From: Nitrososphaerota archaeon
Lineage (GTDB): Archaea > Thermoproteota > Nitrososphaeria_A > Caldarchaeales > Caldarchaeaceae
Reading direction: 5' to 3'
Assembly (NCBI GenBank): GCA_041641305.1
Contig: JBEPYN010000001.1
Span: 787,183 to 851,182, forward strand
Length of the DNA: 64,000 bases
Shown here: in pieces, positions 51,568 through 60,302 of the stretch
Layout: every line of letters starts with the position of its first letter
Position numbering within the stretch: position 1 is the first letter of the stretch
Notes under the pieces: model-generated
The model's database searches: none
Told to the model about the DNA's origin: nothing
Seen by the model: the letters and a program-made list of their open reading frames with translations, nothing else
Program-made: the position numbers and the translations under genes

Positions 51568-52377
51568 TCACAGCCGTTGCCACATAAGCCTGACAACCAT
51601 CAAATCCTGAGCCGGGACCTCGACACGCCACACGATCTCCGCACCGTTTCGCGCAGTAAACTCAACAACCCCGCCAAGCCTCCGCAGCACATACTCGTAG
51701 ACACCTGAGGCGGTCACCGCGTCTTCGCCGCTTCTACGGGGCGTGGCCCAGTAAAACCTCTCCAGCACACGCTCAGGCTCCTCCATCGGCTTCTCCTCAA
51801 TTTCCCGCAGCGCTTCGCGGAGCACGGGCCTTGGGAGAGGATAGCTGTCAAGAGCCTCGACGACACGTTTCTTCTTCTCAGGCTCCAGACGGGTCTTCTC
51901 AACCATGGCAAGCGTCGTCGCCGGAACCATGCGCCCCAACGGGCCCAGCCTCGCCGCACGCCGCAAAGTGTAGAACCATGACTTGGAGACCCCTAGAAAC
52001 CTGCAAACCTCCTCAACACTTGGAAAAACCTCCTCCGCGACAAGCCGCTCAACATAGAGAACCAGCTCCGACTCCGTCAAATCATCTTGGCTAAAGTGAA
52101 TGGCGAGAGAAAGCCGTGGAGCATCTTCTCCGCCATCTATTATGCAGGGGACTTTCTCGAGCCCGGCTTCAACGGCTGCCGCGAGCCGTCTGCTCCCATC
52201 CAAAACCTCGTAACAATCATCCACCGGGTGGACGAGCAGGGGCTCCATGACGCCGTTTCTCCTGATGCTTTCGACGAGGATTCTGTGGCGGTCGGGGTCG
52301 TGGACCATGCGTGGGTTGTAGCGGCTTTTCCGAAGACGCCATGTCTCGACGTAGACTATATCGGGCACGGTCTTCAC
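51568..52377 (-). CDS. ParB/Srx N-terminal domain protein with HTH
   Basis: YNPR..LVESIRRNGVMEPLLV..YEVLDGSRRLAA. Confidence 0.88.
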   Translation of the reverse strand: MKTVPDIVYVETWRLRKSRYNPRMVHDPDRHRILVESIRRNGVMEPLLVHPVDDCYEVLDGSRRLAAAVEAGLEKVPCIIDGGEDAPRLSLAIHFSQDDLTESELVLYVERLVAEEVFPSVEEVCRFLGVSKSWFYTLRRAARLGPLGRMVPATTLAMVEKTRLEPEKKKRVVEALDSYPLPRPVLREALREIEEKPMEEPERVLERFYWATPRRSGEDAVTASGVYEYVLRRLGGVVEFTARNGAEIVWRVEVPAQDLMVVRLMWQRL

Positions 52378-52655
52378 CTTCTACGGTAGATGAGGAGGGG
52401 CTTGGATGGGTCGGCGACCTCAAGCGTCCACCATGGCGTGGCAAATGTCTGCGAGGCGGCGAACCGTTGAATCGCAAGTGTTAGGATGGATTTTCCACGC
52501 CTGTTCTCCCTGTTGAGCAGCATCCTCAGCTCACCTCTGCCAACAACCATTTCCTTCAACCCCTTCTCCTCAGCCACTTTCTCCAACGCCTCACCCACAC
52601 GGAGAATCGTCTCCAAAGCCTTTGTCTTCGAAAACATCTTAGGCATCAAACCCAC
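52374..52655 (-). CDS. Hypothetical protein
   Basis: Overlaps neighbouring starts and stops in operon fashion. Confidence 0.6.
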   Translation of the reverse strand: MGLMPKMFSKTKALETILRVGEALEKVAEEKGLKEMVVGRGELRMLLNRENRRGKSILTLAIQRFAASQTFATPWWTLEVADPSKPLLIYRRR

Positions 52656-52806
52656 CTCTCATAACCTCTCGAAGAAGCAGACGAAGATAAACCGAAACAG
52701 GTATACCATGTTTATCAGCTCCCGCGCAAAGCCAGCGATAGATGTCGGGTGGAAGCCTCAGCGTCATCCGCTTAACCTCATCCCCGAGAGCATTTTTACG
52801 CGGCAC
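52639..52806 (-). CDS. Ribbon-helix-helix DNA-binding protein
   Basis: MTLRLPPDIYRWL..A.KHGIPVSVYLRLLL; start estimated at GTG 52806. Confidence 0.75.
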   Translation of the reverse strand: MPRKNALGDEVKRMTLRLPPDIYRWLCAGADKHGIPVSVYLRLLLREVMRGGFDA

Positions 52807-52929
52807 CTCCGAGACACCTCTTACATTCAGCAGCTGCACGAAAAAGGTGCTCTATCCGCACTTTCGGACACCTCACATCGATATATGCAGGCATCATGGA
52901 GAGAACCCGAGGGTGGAGGGATAAAAAAG

Positions 52930-53433
52930 ATGGGGGAAACTGAGTCAACAACGGCTCATAGAAGAGTCTCGTATGAGTCTTCAACCAAGCATGGGAAAAC
53001 ATATTGTACGGTGAAGATTCCCGCGGCTCTCGCAGAGGCTATCGACAGTTATTTGATGGAGCATGAGGCTCAGGTTCGTGGGCTTAAGAGTAGGGCGGAT
53101 GTTGTTGTGCGTGTTTTGACGGAGTTTTTGGAGGAGCAGGGGCGGCTGAGGCCCTTGGTTAAGCGGAGGCTTGAGCACGTCAACGTCTATGAGTCGTTTG
53201 TTCTCGTGCGGGACAATCTGTTGAATGTTTCTGTCGAGGTCGCGGTGCAGCCTCCTCGGCTCTTCTGCCGCTACTGCGTGAGCGGGGAATGTGTCCACGT
53301 ATCGTTTGCGGCCTCGATACCTGATGTGAGGCGGAGGTTCGCTGAGCTGGGTTTCAGGGCCCCTGAAACTGGTGAGGATGTGGGCGGCTATGTGGTGTTT
53401 TTCGACGGCGTCGCATATCCCTATACTGAGTGA
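52930..53433 (+). CDS. RHH regulator with C-terminal Zn-finger (CxxCx4CxH)
   Basis: TVKIPAALAEAID..SRADVV; CRYCVSGECVH; ATG 52930 follows a G-rich RBS. Confidence 0.75.
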   Translation: MGETESTTAHRRVSYESSTKHGKTYCTVKIPAALAEAIDSYLMEHEAQVRGLKSRADVVVRVLTEFLEEQGRLRPLVKRRLEHVNVYESFVLVRDNLLNVSVEVAVQPPRLFCRYCVSGECVHVSFAASIPDVRRRFAELGFRAPETGEDVGGYVVFFDGVAYPYTE

Positions 53434-53460
53434 TTTAATCATGGATGATTCTGTGGTGGT

Positions 53461-54909
53461 GTGGCTGTTTTCCGTGTTCCCGTTGTCTTCGCCGACTATG
53501 TTGAGGACCGTGGCCTTGGCTTCGCTGGGTTAAGGACGCGGGTTACACGGGTTTTCGGCGGTGTTGTGAAGCGTTCTCGGCGTGTGGGCGAGGTTGCTTC
53601 GTTGATGGGTCTTGGGCTTGAGGATGTTGTGATGCCTGTTTTCCTCGAGGCCGTGGTCGAGGTGGAGAAAGGTGACGTGGTATATGTCACGGGCGAGAGC
53701 GGCGGCGGAAAATCTCTGCTGCTACGCCACCTCGCCGACGAGATGAGCCGCCTGGACGAATTCGCACCCGTAGCATGTTCGTGGAAAATCTTGGATAATG
53801 TTCCACGCAGCAGGCCTTTGATAGACTGTGTGGGAAAGGATGTCCATGAGGCTGTGGAGATTTTGTCGGCCGCGGGTCTCAGCGATGTCTACACTTGGTT
53901 GAGGTCTTTTGACGAGTTGAGCGATGGGCAGAGGATGAGGTTCATTTTTGCGAAGGCTCTTGACGCGGGTGCCAAGACGGTTGTTCTTGACGAGTTTTGC
54001 TCGGCCCTTGACAGAGAGACCGCTAAGGCTACGGCTTACACGATGCAGAAGCTCGCCCGCCGCCGAGGCATCACATTCATCGCAGCGACGGCTGTGGATG
54101 ATTTGTGCGAGGACCTTAACCCCAGCCTCCTCATAGTTAAACACATGGGGCCTCATCTCGTCGTGAAACGCCTCGACCCCGTGCCCCGGCCCTGCAGCCT
54201 TCTCGAGAAGATTGTTGTGGAGGAGGGGTCTGTGGAGGATTGGCGTCTCCTCTCTTTTCTCCATTACCGTAGCCATCGAGTAGCCGCGCCTGTGAAGATT
54301 TTCCGCGCGGTCTTGAATGGCAGGGTTGTCGGAGTGGTTGTGTATTCTAAGCCGTATCTCCAAGCTTCTGGGTTTGCGCGGTTTTTCAAGCATGAGTGGT
54401 ATCGACGCTGGAGGATGAGCCATGTTCTCCGCATTCAGAGGGTTGTCGTGCATCCGAGCTTCAGGGGAATAGGTGTGGCACGAAAACTCTTGACAGAGTC
54501 TCTGCCGCGTCTCGGCGTCCCGTTTGTTGAGATACTCAGCGCGATGGAGAAGCTGATACCGTTTACACGAGGCATCATGACAAGGTGGACGGTTGTAGAG
54601 CCGAGCAAAGAGAAAAAGGCCCTGCTCGAGGAGTTTCGGCGAAGATTCGGCATAGACGTGATGAGGTATGGTGTGGCGGATGTTCTCCACTATGCGGAGA
54701 AGAGGGGCCTTCTCAGAGGGATGAGAAGCTGGCTGCTCGCCAACCGCCACAGATACTGTGACACATCTCTGGGACAAGTGGATGTGGCTAAGTTGCTGCG
54801 GACACTCAAGTCATCATGTGCGACAAAAGTTTATGGACTGTGGATAAATCCTGAGAAAAAATTTGGAAAAATTGTGGAGGAGGCTATGGCTGCTCAACGA
54901 GATCTCTGA
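53461..54909 (+). CDS. ABC-type ATPase fused to GNAT acetyltransferase
   Basis: GESGGGKS, LSDGQ, VVLDEF; HYR; RVVVHPSFRGIGVA. Confidence 0.88.
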   Translation: MAVFRVPVVFADYVEDRGLGFAGLRTRVTRVFGGVVKRSRRVGEVASLMGLGLEDVVMPVFLEAVVEVEKGDVVYVTGESGGGKSLLLRHLADEMSRLDEFAPVACSWKILDNVPRSRPLIDCVGKDVHEAVEILSAAGLSDVYTWLRSFDELSDGQRMRFIFAKALDAGAKTVVLDEFCSALDRETAKATAYTMQKLARRRGITFIAATAVDDLCEDLNPSLLIVKHMGPHLVVKRLDPVPRPCSLLEKIVVEEGSVEDWRLLSFLHYRSHRVAAPVKIFRAVLNGRVVGVVVYSKPYLQASGFARFFKHEWYRRWRMSHVLRIQRVVVHPSFRGIGVARKLLTESLPRLGVPFVEILSAMEKLIPFTRGIMTRWTVVEPSKEKKALLEEFRRRFGIDVMRYGVADVLHYAEKRGLLRGMRSWLLANRHRYCDTSLGQVDVAKLLRTLKSSCATKVYGLWINPEKKFGKIVEEAMAAQRDL

Positions 54910-55369
54910 GGAGTGTGGAGAGGTCTTTCTCCTCGGTTGATGAGCCGATTTTCTCGAGGGCGATGATGATGTCTTTTGTTTTGGATATGACTTCGAGCCG
55001 TGCTTTGGCGAGTGTGAGGATGTCGCGTGCAGAGGCTCCGCTGCTCATCTTCTCCTCGGTAACCGTCTCAAGCTCCCGGTGAATTCTCAGCAGGCTTTTC
55101 AACAGCTTCTCCAGCATCTCTGCAGCGGTCTCCGGCGTCTCCTCAGCCGCCGCACCCATCAGCCTATACATCGAAGCCGTTTTTCTCGCTGTGGCGAGAC
55201 GTTTCAGGGTTTTCCCCATTCTGTGTATGATGATTGTTGACATGAGGGCTGCGGCTGCTGCGACAAGTGCGAGATATGAGCCGACGTCGATGTAGCCGAG
55301 TAGGAAGAGAATTGTTGAGACTATGGTGAGCGTTTTTGCGATGTAGTCGAGTGTTTCGGCTGTGTTCAT
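54884..55369 (-). CDS. Hypothetical protein, 2 TM plus helical C-terminus
   Basis: ATG 55369 overlaps the upstream stop (ATGA). Confidence 0.65.
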   Translation of the reverse strand: MNTAETLDYIAKTLTIVSTILFLLGYIDVGSYLALVAAAAALMSTIIIHRMGKTLKRLATARKTASMYRLMGAAAEETPETAAEMLEKLLKSLLRIHRELETVTEEKMSSGASARDILTLAKARLEVISKTKDIIIALEKIGSSTEEKDLSTLLRDLVEQP

Positions 55370-55785
55370 GTCCGCAGGGCCTCGAGTGTGCTGATTACGT
55401 AGGTGATGTAGGAGCTGAGGCCGAGGAGTGTGGCGGCTGTTGCGGCGGCGTTGTTGGATTTGCTGACTGCGAGCGATTCGGCGATGATGCGTATGAGGAG
55501 GTAGGTGTTGGCTGCGAAGAGCAGGATTGTCTGGAAGGTGTCGAGGATGTTGGCGATGTTTATGGCTGTTGAGATGAAGGATGCGGCTGTCTGGACGCCG
55601 AGGGTGAGGTATGTGGCGCGTGTCTCCGTCCATCCTGCTTTTCTATAATGGATGGGTGTCAGGCCCGTGGCTACGATGAAGGTGGTCGCCGAGGCGATTA
55701 GAAGAAGCAGCTTCATGGAAGTGGTTGTGTGTAGAGCTGTGGCGAAGAGTAGTGTGGCCGCCGCTGCGAATAAGAGCTTTCTCAT
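55366..55785 (-). CDS. Multi-TM membrane protein
   Basis: Hydrophobic; coupled to the portal stop. Confidence 0.7.
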   Translation of the reverse strand: MRKLLFAAAATLLFATALHTTTSMKLLLLIASATTFIVATGLTPIHYRKAGWTETRATYLTLGVQTAASFISTAINIANILDTFQTILLFAANTYLLIRIIAESLAVSKSNNAAATAATLLGLSSYITYVISTLEALRT

Positions 55786-56849
55786 GGCTTTTCGCCACCT
55801 GTTGTGCCGAGGCCCATGGCTCGCCGCGCCTCCTCAACCGTCTCTATACCAGCTCTCACACGCTCCACGTGTATCGATGTCTCCTGCTCCGGGTTTATCC
55901 ACTCAACCAGCCTAAACGAGAAGCCGTCCACACCTATGACCCGTTTAAGCGCAAGCGTCACAGAGGCGCCGAAAATTTTCTGCAGGGACTTGATGTATTG
56001 GGCGAAGGTTGTCATCTGGTTTCGGCTTGTCTCGAGGTTGAGGCCTTGGACCACGCCGTAGACGATGGGTGGCACGCGGAGGACGGCGAGGATGCGTTGC
56101 CGGAATTCTTCAAGCAGTTCGACGACGCGGAGGTCTTCGACTGGCTGGCTCAGGGTCTTGACATCGATGTCACCCATCAGAAGAAGGTTGTCTCCGGGAC
56201 GCGCCGACTCGAGAACAGCCTTCAGCCTGTTAAATGTTGTTTCGTCGCCGTGCTTCAGCACAATCACCTTCGACAACACACCTTTCCGCATGAAGACCTG
56301 GAAGAGGAAGAGCTCGGCTTCGCGTTTCGCCAAGAGAATGCGGGCCAGCGAGGCGAGCTTTGGTGTGCCGTAGGTTCTGTCGGCGAGAGGATGCAGAACA
56401 ACGTGGACAACCTCGTCGGGCGAGAACCTCACCAAACGCGTGGTCTGCTGAACATATCCTTTCACAACACCATACTCATCCCTGACAACCTGCATAGTCC
56501 ATGGAGCGATAACCCGTGGAAAATCCGAGACACACTCGATGTAGGATTCGTCGAAGATCAGCGTGGTCAGGATAAGGTTGCGGAGAAAGAAGAAGAAATC
56601 ATCTTCACGCGCCTGCAGCCACTCCTCAACGGTTTTTCTCGCGTTCTCCTCGCCGACAACATACCAGCCATTAGCCGTCACGGCGTCCACCACCGCGTCG
56701 AGACAAGCCCTGACATCTGTGTCACCCTCCGCAAGCTCAAGCAGCTTCAGCTGGTCAAGCGGCTTAGGCTCACCAAGTCTTCCGTAGAAGCTCGGCATAG
56801 TCGAGGCAAGGGCCTTTGGTCGGGAGAGGATTTTTCTGAAGAAGGCCAT
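55782..56849 (-). CDS. Phage portal protein (HK97-like)
   Basis: VRACLD.V, PWTMQVVRDEYG..GYVQ, FSPDEVVH, YGTPKL, ILAVLRVPP..G, TVEEARR.MG; start ATG 56849. Confidence 0.88.
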   Translation of the reverse strand: MAFFRKILSRPKALASTMPSFYGRLGEPKPLDQLKLLELAEGDTDVRACLDAVVDAVTANGWYVVGEENARKTVEEWLQAREDDFFFFLRNLILTTLIFDESYIECVSDFPRVIAPWTMQVVRDEYGVVKGYVQQTTRLVRFSPDEVVHVVLHPLADRTYGTPKLASLARILLAKREAELFLFQVFMRKGVLSKVIVLKHGDETTFNRLKAVLESARPGDNLLLMGDIDVKTLSQPVEDLRVVELLEEFRQRILAVLRVPPIVYGVVQGLNLETSRNQMTTFAQYIKSLQKIFGASVTLALKRVIGVDGFSFRLVEWINPEQETSIHVERVRAGIETVEEARRAMGLGTTGGEKP

Positions 56850-56871
56850 GGCGGAGACCGGGCCTTGTTTT

Positions 56872-56894
56872 CTTAATTCTCTCAGAGAATTAAG
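56872..56894. promoter_or_regulatory. Perfect palindrome CTTAATTCTCT-C-AGAGAATTAAG, candidate bidirectional promoter
   Basis: 11-bp arms; centre is 34 nt from each divergent ATG. Confidence 0.75.
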
Positions 56895-56916
56895 CCGAGA
56901 GTGCTTGGCTGTTGGC

Positions 56917-57168
56917 ATGGAGCTGGTCTACGCCTTCGCAGGCATCCTGCTCTACATTCTCAGCGGCTACCTGAAGAGCGCCGAGACATTCGACCCTTTG
57001 AAAGCTCTACGCACAGCTGTTGTCGGCGTGGCGGCTGTTGTGGCGAACATGGTTCTGGGTGTTGAGCTGCCCGCCCCCGAGCTCGAGACCCTGCTCACGG
57101 CGGGGGAGGTGACGTTCGTCGAGAACTTGGCGAAAACGCTGTGGAGAAGAGTGTTTTCAACGCTTTAG
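56917..57168 (+). CDS. Small membrane protein, holin-like
   Basis: Two TM helices, GYLK..E.FD..K, basic C-terminus. Confidence 0.55.
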   Translation: MELVYAFAGILLYILSGYLKSAETFDPLKALRTAVVGVAAVVANMVLGVELPAPELETLLTAGEVTFVENLAKTLWRRVFSTL

Positions 57169-57800
57169 CTCCGTGGCTCTGCTTGGATGCCGTGCGATGG
57201 ATAACATGCATAGAGGTTAGGCCCTGTCTCGAGAAAGCCCTTGACGACGAGGTTTTCGCAGGCTATCTGGAGGGCATAGCGGCAACACCTGACATAGACC
57301 TCGAGGGAGACGTCTTCTCGGAGGAGGTCTTCAAAGCCAACGCGGCCAACCTCATCGGCAAACCCATCCTACTCCAGCATGGCCGCAGCCAATCAGTCGG
57401 CGAACAACCCGTCGGACAAATCATCGACGCCAAGCACGTGCCCGGCAAAGGCCTCTGGATAAAGGCGGGCATCTACAAAGCTTTTGGAGACGTTTGGAGA
57501 ATGGTGAAAAACGGTTTTCTACGGTTTCTCAGCATAGGTGGATACGTGAAACGGGTCAGGTTCCGCGACAAAATCCGCGAAATCGAGGAAGCCGAGATAA
57601 CCGAGGTCTCTTTGACAGACCGAGCCGCAAACCCGAGGGCCCAGGTCATAACAGTTTTCTCGAAAAGCTGGGTTACATCGCCGAAATCCATCGTCTCGGG
57701 AAACGAGGCCATAGCCAAGCCGGCTGTGCAGGAGCTTGACACACCCTATTTCCGAAAATACTGGAGCAGGCTAAGTTCTCACCGAATTAAGCAGGAGTAG
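57141..57800 (+). CDS. HK97-type prohead protease
   Basis: GIAAT..D..GD, PILLQH, PVG, LSIGG, EITEVSL..AANP; true start may be 57192. Confidence 0.9.
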   Translation: MEKSVFNALAPWLCLDAVRWITCIEVRPCLEKALDDEVFAGYLEGIAATPDIDLEGDVFSEEVFKANAANLIGKPILLQHGRSQSVGEQPVGQIIDAKHVPGKGLWIKAGIYKAFGDVWRMVKNGFLRFLSIGGYVKRVRFRDKIREIEEAEITEVSLTDRAANPRAQVITVFSKSWVTSPKSIVSGNEAIAKPAVQELDTPYFRKYWSRLSSHRIKQE

Positions 57801-57804
57801 CGCC

Positions 57805-58767
57805 GTGTATGGTGCCATGAATTTTAGGGAAGCGCAGCAGGAATACCTCAGGTTCGGCAAAGCGCTGCTAAGCGGAGACAGCAACTTTCCAGAAATACCT
57901 CCAGCTGTTGCAAGCGATGTCTTCGACACCTTCATCGAGGAAAGCATAGCCGCCAAGATTTTCCGCTTCATCACCATGGGCTCCGACATCGTCAAGTTCT
58001 ACGTCAAGGGAGCTGCTCTCAATGTCTATGCGCCCACGGAGGCTTCGCCGGTTCCTGAGACGAAACTGACCTTTGAGCCGCCTGTTGTTCTCGAGGCACG
58101 TGAGGTGCGTGCGGTGAGCAGGATATCCGATGTAGCGGAGGAGGAGAGCGTGGTCGACCTCGTGGCTATGACGGTTGAGGACATGGCCCGCAGCATCGCC
58201 GACGCAGTTGATAAGAACGTTTTCCGAGGCATAGGCGACGGCTCAGACGTCTACAACCTGTTCACAGGTCTCCAGAGAAGCCACACCATAACAGGCAGCC
58301 AGACACAGACCCTCGACATCGGAAAAGCACCACTCACCGTTGAACACATCAACAAAGCCGTCGCAGCCCTCGAAGAACTCGGATACAGAGACGACCTAGT
58401 CATGATAATCCATCCAAAGACAGCCCTCCACCTCCGCAACGACCTCGCCTCAAAAGGCCTCGAAACAATAAGCGGAGACATCCTTCGGACAGGAGAGGTC
58501 AACGCAATCTTCGGTCTCAAAAAAGTCTACGTCACCACACATCTCGAGAAACGCAGCTACAGCGGCAGCGACGGGACCAAGGTAAGCGACGTAATAATCT
58601 GCAGCTCACGCGACGCCGGTGTAGGAGGATACAGGAGAACGCTGCGCATCGAGCGGGACAGAGATGTCGAAGCAGGGTTGACGAAGGTAGCTGCCAGCAT
58701 AAGGTTTGCATGGCGTATAACGAAGACCGACGCCATCTTCCTCATACAAAACGCCCTAGCCGAGTAA
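57805..58767 (+). CDS. HK97-fold major capsid protein
   Basis: IPP.V, E..P.PE..L.F, S..S, D...F.G.G, IIHP.T...L, IFG; follows the protease; alternative start 57817. Confidence 0.85.
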   Translation: MYGAMNFREAQQEYLRFGKALLSGDSNFPEIPPAVASDVFDTFIEESIAAKIFRFITMGSDIVKFYVKGAALNVYAPTEASPVPETKLTFEPPVVLEAREVRAVSRISDVAEEESVVDLVAMTVEDMARSIADAVDKNVFRGIGDGSDVYNLFTGLQRSHTITGSQTQTLDIGKAPLTVEHINKAVAALEELGYRDDLVMIIHPKTALHLRNDLASKGLETISGDILRTGEVNAIFGLKKVYVTTHLEKRSYSGSDGTKVSDVIICSSRDAGVGGYRRTLRIERDRDVEAGLTKVAASIRFAWRITKTDAIFLIQNALAE

Positions 58768-58803
58768 TCTGACCCCTATAACCCCACACCATTTTTCCCA
58801 ACC

Positions 58804-59625
58804 ATGCGCTATGTCTCGGTGAAAGATGTCCGTCTCTACAACGGCTGGCTACCCATCGAGGAAAGGAAACAGCCACTCAAGAAAATCGGGGAAACAGTGT
58901 TCCAAACTCCGCATGCGCCTCTCGTCGACGCCGACTGGGACGGCTCCGTCTACGACGATGTCCTGGTTTATCTCGACGGCGAACAGGTGGAGCCAGAGTC
59001 CATAGACCCGTCCACTGGCCTGGTCTCGATTAATCCACCGCCGTCGGAGAGCTCCACGGTTGAGGCGGATTATTTCTGGCACCCCATCGGGGACGAGGAT
59101 ATCATCCTCGCTGTGGAGGCTGCAGAGGGATTGGTTGAGGCCCTGACAGGTGTGGTGTATGTTCCGCATCAACGTGTTGAGAGACGGAGAATAGAGCGTA
59201 ACGGCTTGGTCACGTTGAGCGAACCCGTCATCGCCATACAGTCTGTCAAGCTCTACGACGGTTTCGGAAACTTTCTCGGAGAAGCTGAGGCGACGGTTGT
59301 TGACAAAGGTGCCGGTGTTTTGAAGATTCGTGTTGTCTCGCAGGAGCCTAGGCCTCCATGGTATCTGCCCAGCTATGTGGAGGCCGAGGTTGAATACGTC
59401 GGTGGACATGAGACGGTGCCCGCGACTGTTAAGCAAGCTGTTCTCGCCCTCTCCAGCCACAACCTGTTGACGCGTTTTCAGCAGAGGCTTTCTCTGGCCC
59501 CGGATTATGGTGGAGGTGTTTCGGCTGTGTTTGTCGCCGAGGACTTGGAGAAGAGGCTGCGTTTTCTCAGGAGCGAGGTGGAGAAGACGGTTAACAGTTT
59601 GCCGAGGAGGGTTGAGAAGGCTTGA
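58804..59625 (+). CDS. Head-tail adaptor-like protein with inserted beta domain
   Basis: YVSVKDVR, AE..VE..TG, VEY.GG...VP..VKQAV; follows the capsid gene. Confidence 0.65.
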   Translation: MRYVSVKDVRLYNGWLPIEERKQPLKKIGETVFQTPHAPLVDADWDGSVYDDVLVYLDGEQVEPESIDPSTGLVSINPPPSESSTVEADYFWHPIGDEDIILAVEAAEGLVEALTGVVYVPHQRVERRRIERNGLVTLSEPVIAIQSVKLYDGFGNFLGEAEATVVDKGAGVLKIRVVSQEPRPPWYLPSYVEAEVEYVGGHETVPATVKQAVLALSSHNLLTRFQQRLSLAPDYGGGVSAVFVAEDLEKRLRFLRSEVEKTVNSLPRRVEKA

Positions 59626-59990
59626 CATGGTTGACAAGTCTCGTGGAGCAGCTGGCCGAAACAATACGTCTCGGAGTAGGTGTTCCCGTATACGTTGGCT
59701 GGAGACCTGTCACAGCGCTTCCCATGGCCACGCTCCAGATAAGAAACTGCGAGATAACCCCGCTCGACCTCTCAGCAAACACCCACCTCATCACCGCCGA
59801 CGTCCAAATCGATTTCTGGCACAGCTCAGCGAAAGCATGCGACGAAACAGTAGAGAAAACCCTCGCAGCCCTCGAGCAGTCCCGCGACAGCCTCGGCATC
59901 TTTTTCCTCGGCGTGGAAGGCTTGGCCGACGTCGGCGACGAGAAAGCCTTCAGGAAAATGCTTCTCCTCAGGCTGAAGACGGTGAAGTAG
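59622..59990 (+). CDS. Tail completion/terminator-like protein
   Basis: VPVY..P, VQIDFW; size and position. Confidence 0.55.
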   Translation: MTWLTSLVEQLAETIRLGVGVPVYVGWRPVTALPMATLQIRNCEITPLDLSANTHLITADVQIDFWHSSAKACDETVEKTLAALEQSRDSLGIFFLGVEGLADVGDEKAFRKMLLLRLKTVK

Positions 59991-60302
59991 ATGTGCATAT
60001 TCCGGATAAGCCGCGGCAGAAAATACTACTGTGGAAAACGTTATCCTCTTCCCTGTTCGCCGAATGTCTGCCCCTTCGGCGACGTGCTGTGGCAGGGGCT
60101 TGTCAACCGGGACTACAAGCCGAGCCGCTACTGGGTGATGCCTTCGATGACGCATGTCGATTCGGCGGAGGAGGCGTGGCAAAGCCTCTCATCTGGAGAG
60201 GCGCTCTATGTCGTGAAGGAGATTGTCTACAGAGTTGGTGAAGGGGTTGGGACACGGGTTCGAAAAGGCTCTGAGCTTGGTGAAGTTTCCCGAGGTGGCT
60301 GA
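59991..60302 (+). CDS. Hypothetical Cys-containing protein
   Basis: C..C..CxxxxC N-terminus; abuts the upstream stop. Confidence 0.55.
   Translation: MCIFRISRGRKYYCGKRYPLPCSPNVCPFGDVLWQGLVNRDYKPSRYWVMPSMTHVDSAEEAWQSLSSGEALYVVKEIVYRVGEGVGTRVRKGSELGEVSRGG

Noticed and set aside
52486-52929. N-terminal 148 codons of the 315-aa ORF
   Set aside because: Overlaps two opposite-strand genes; ATG 52930 has an RBS and starts the recognisable domain
55725-56876. 383-aa plus-strand ORF and other long antisense ORFs (53722..54777, 44266..45120, 45522..46268, 50692..51564, 58849..59664)
   Set aside because: Shadows of well-supported genes on the opposite strand; no motifs
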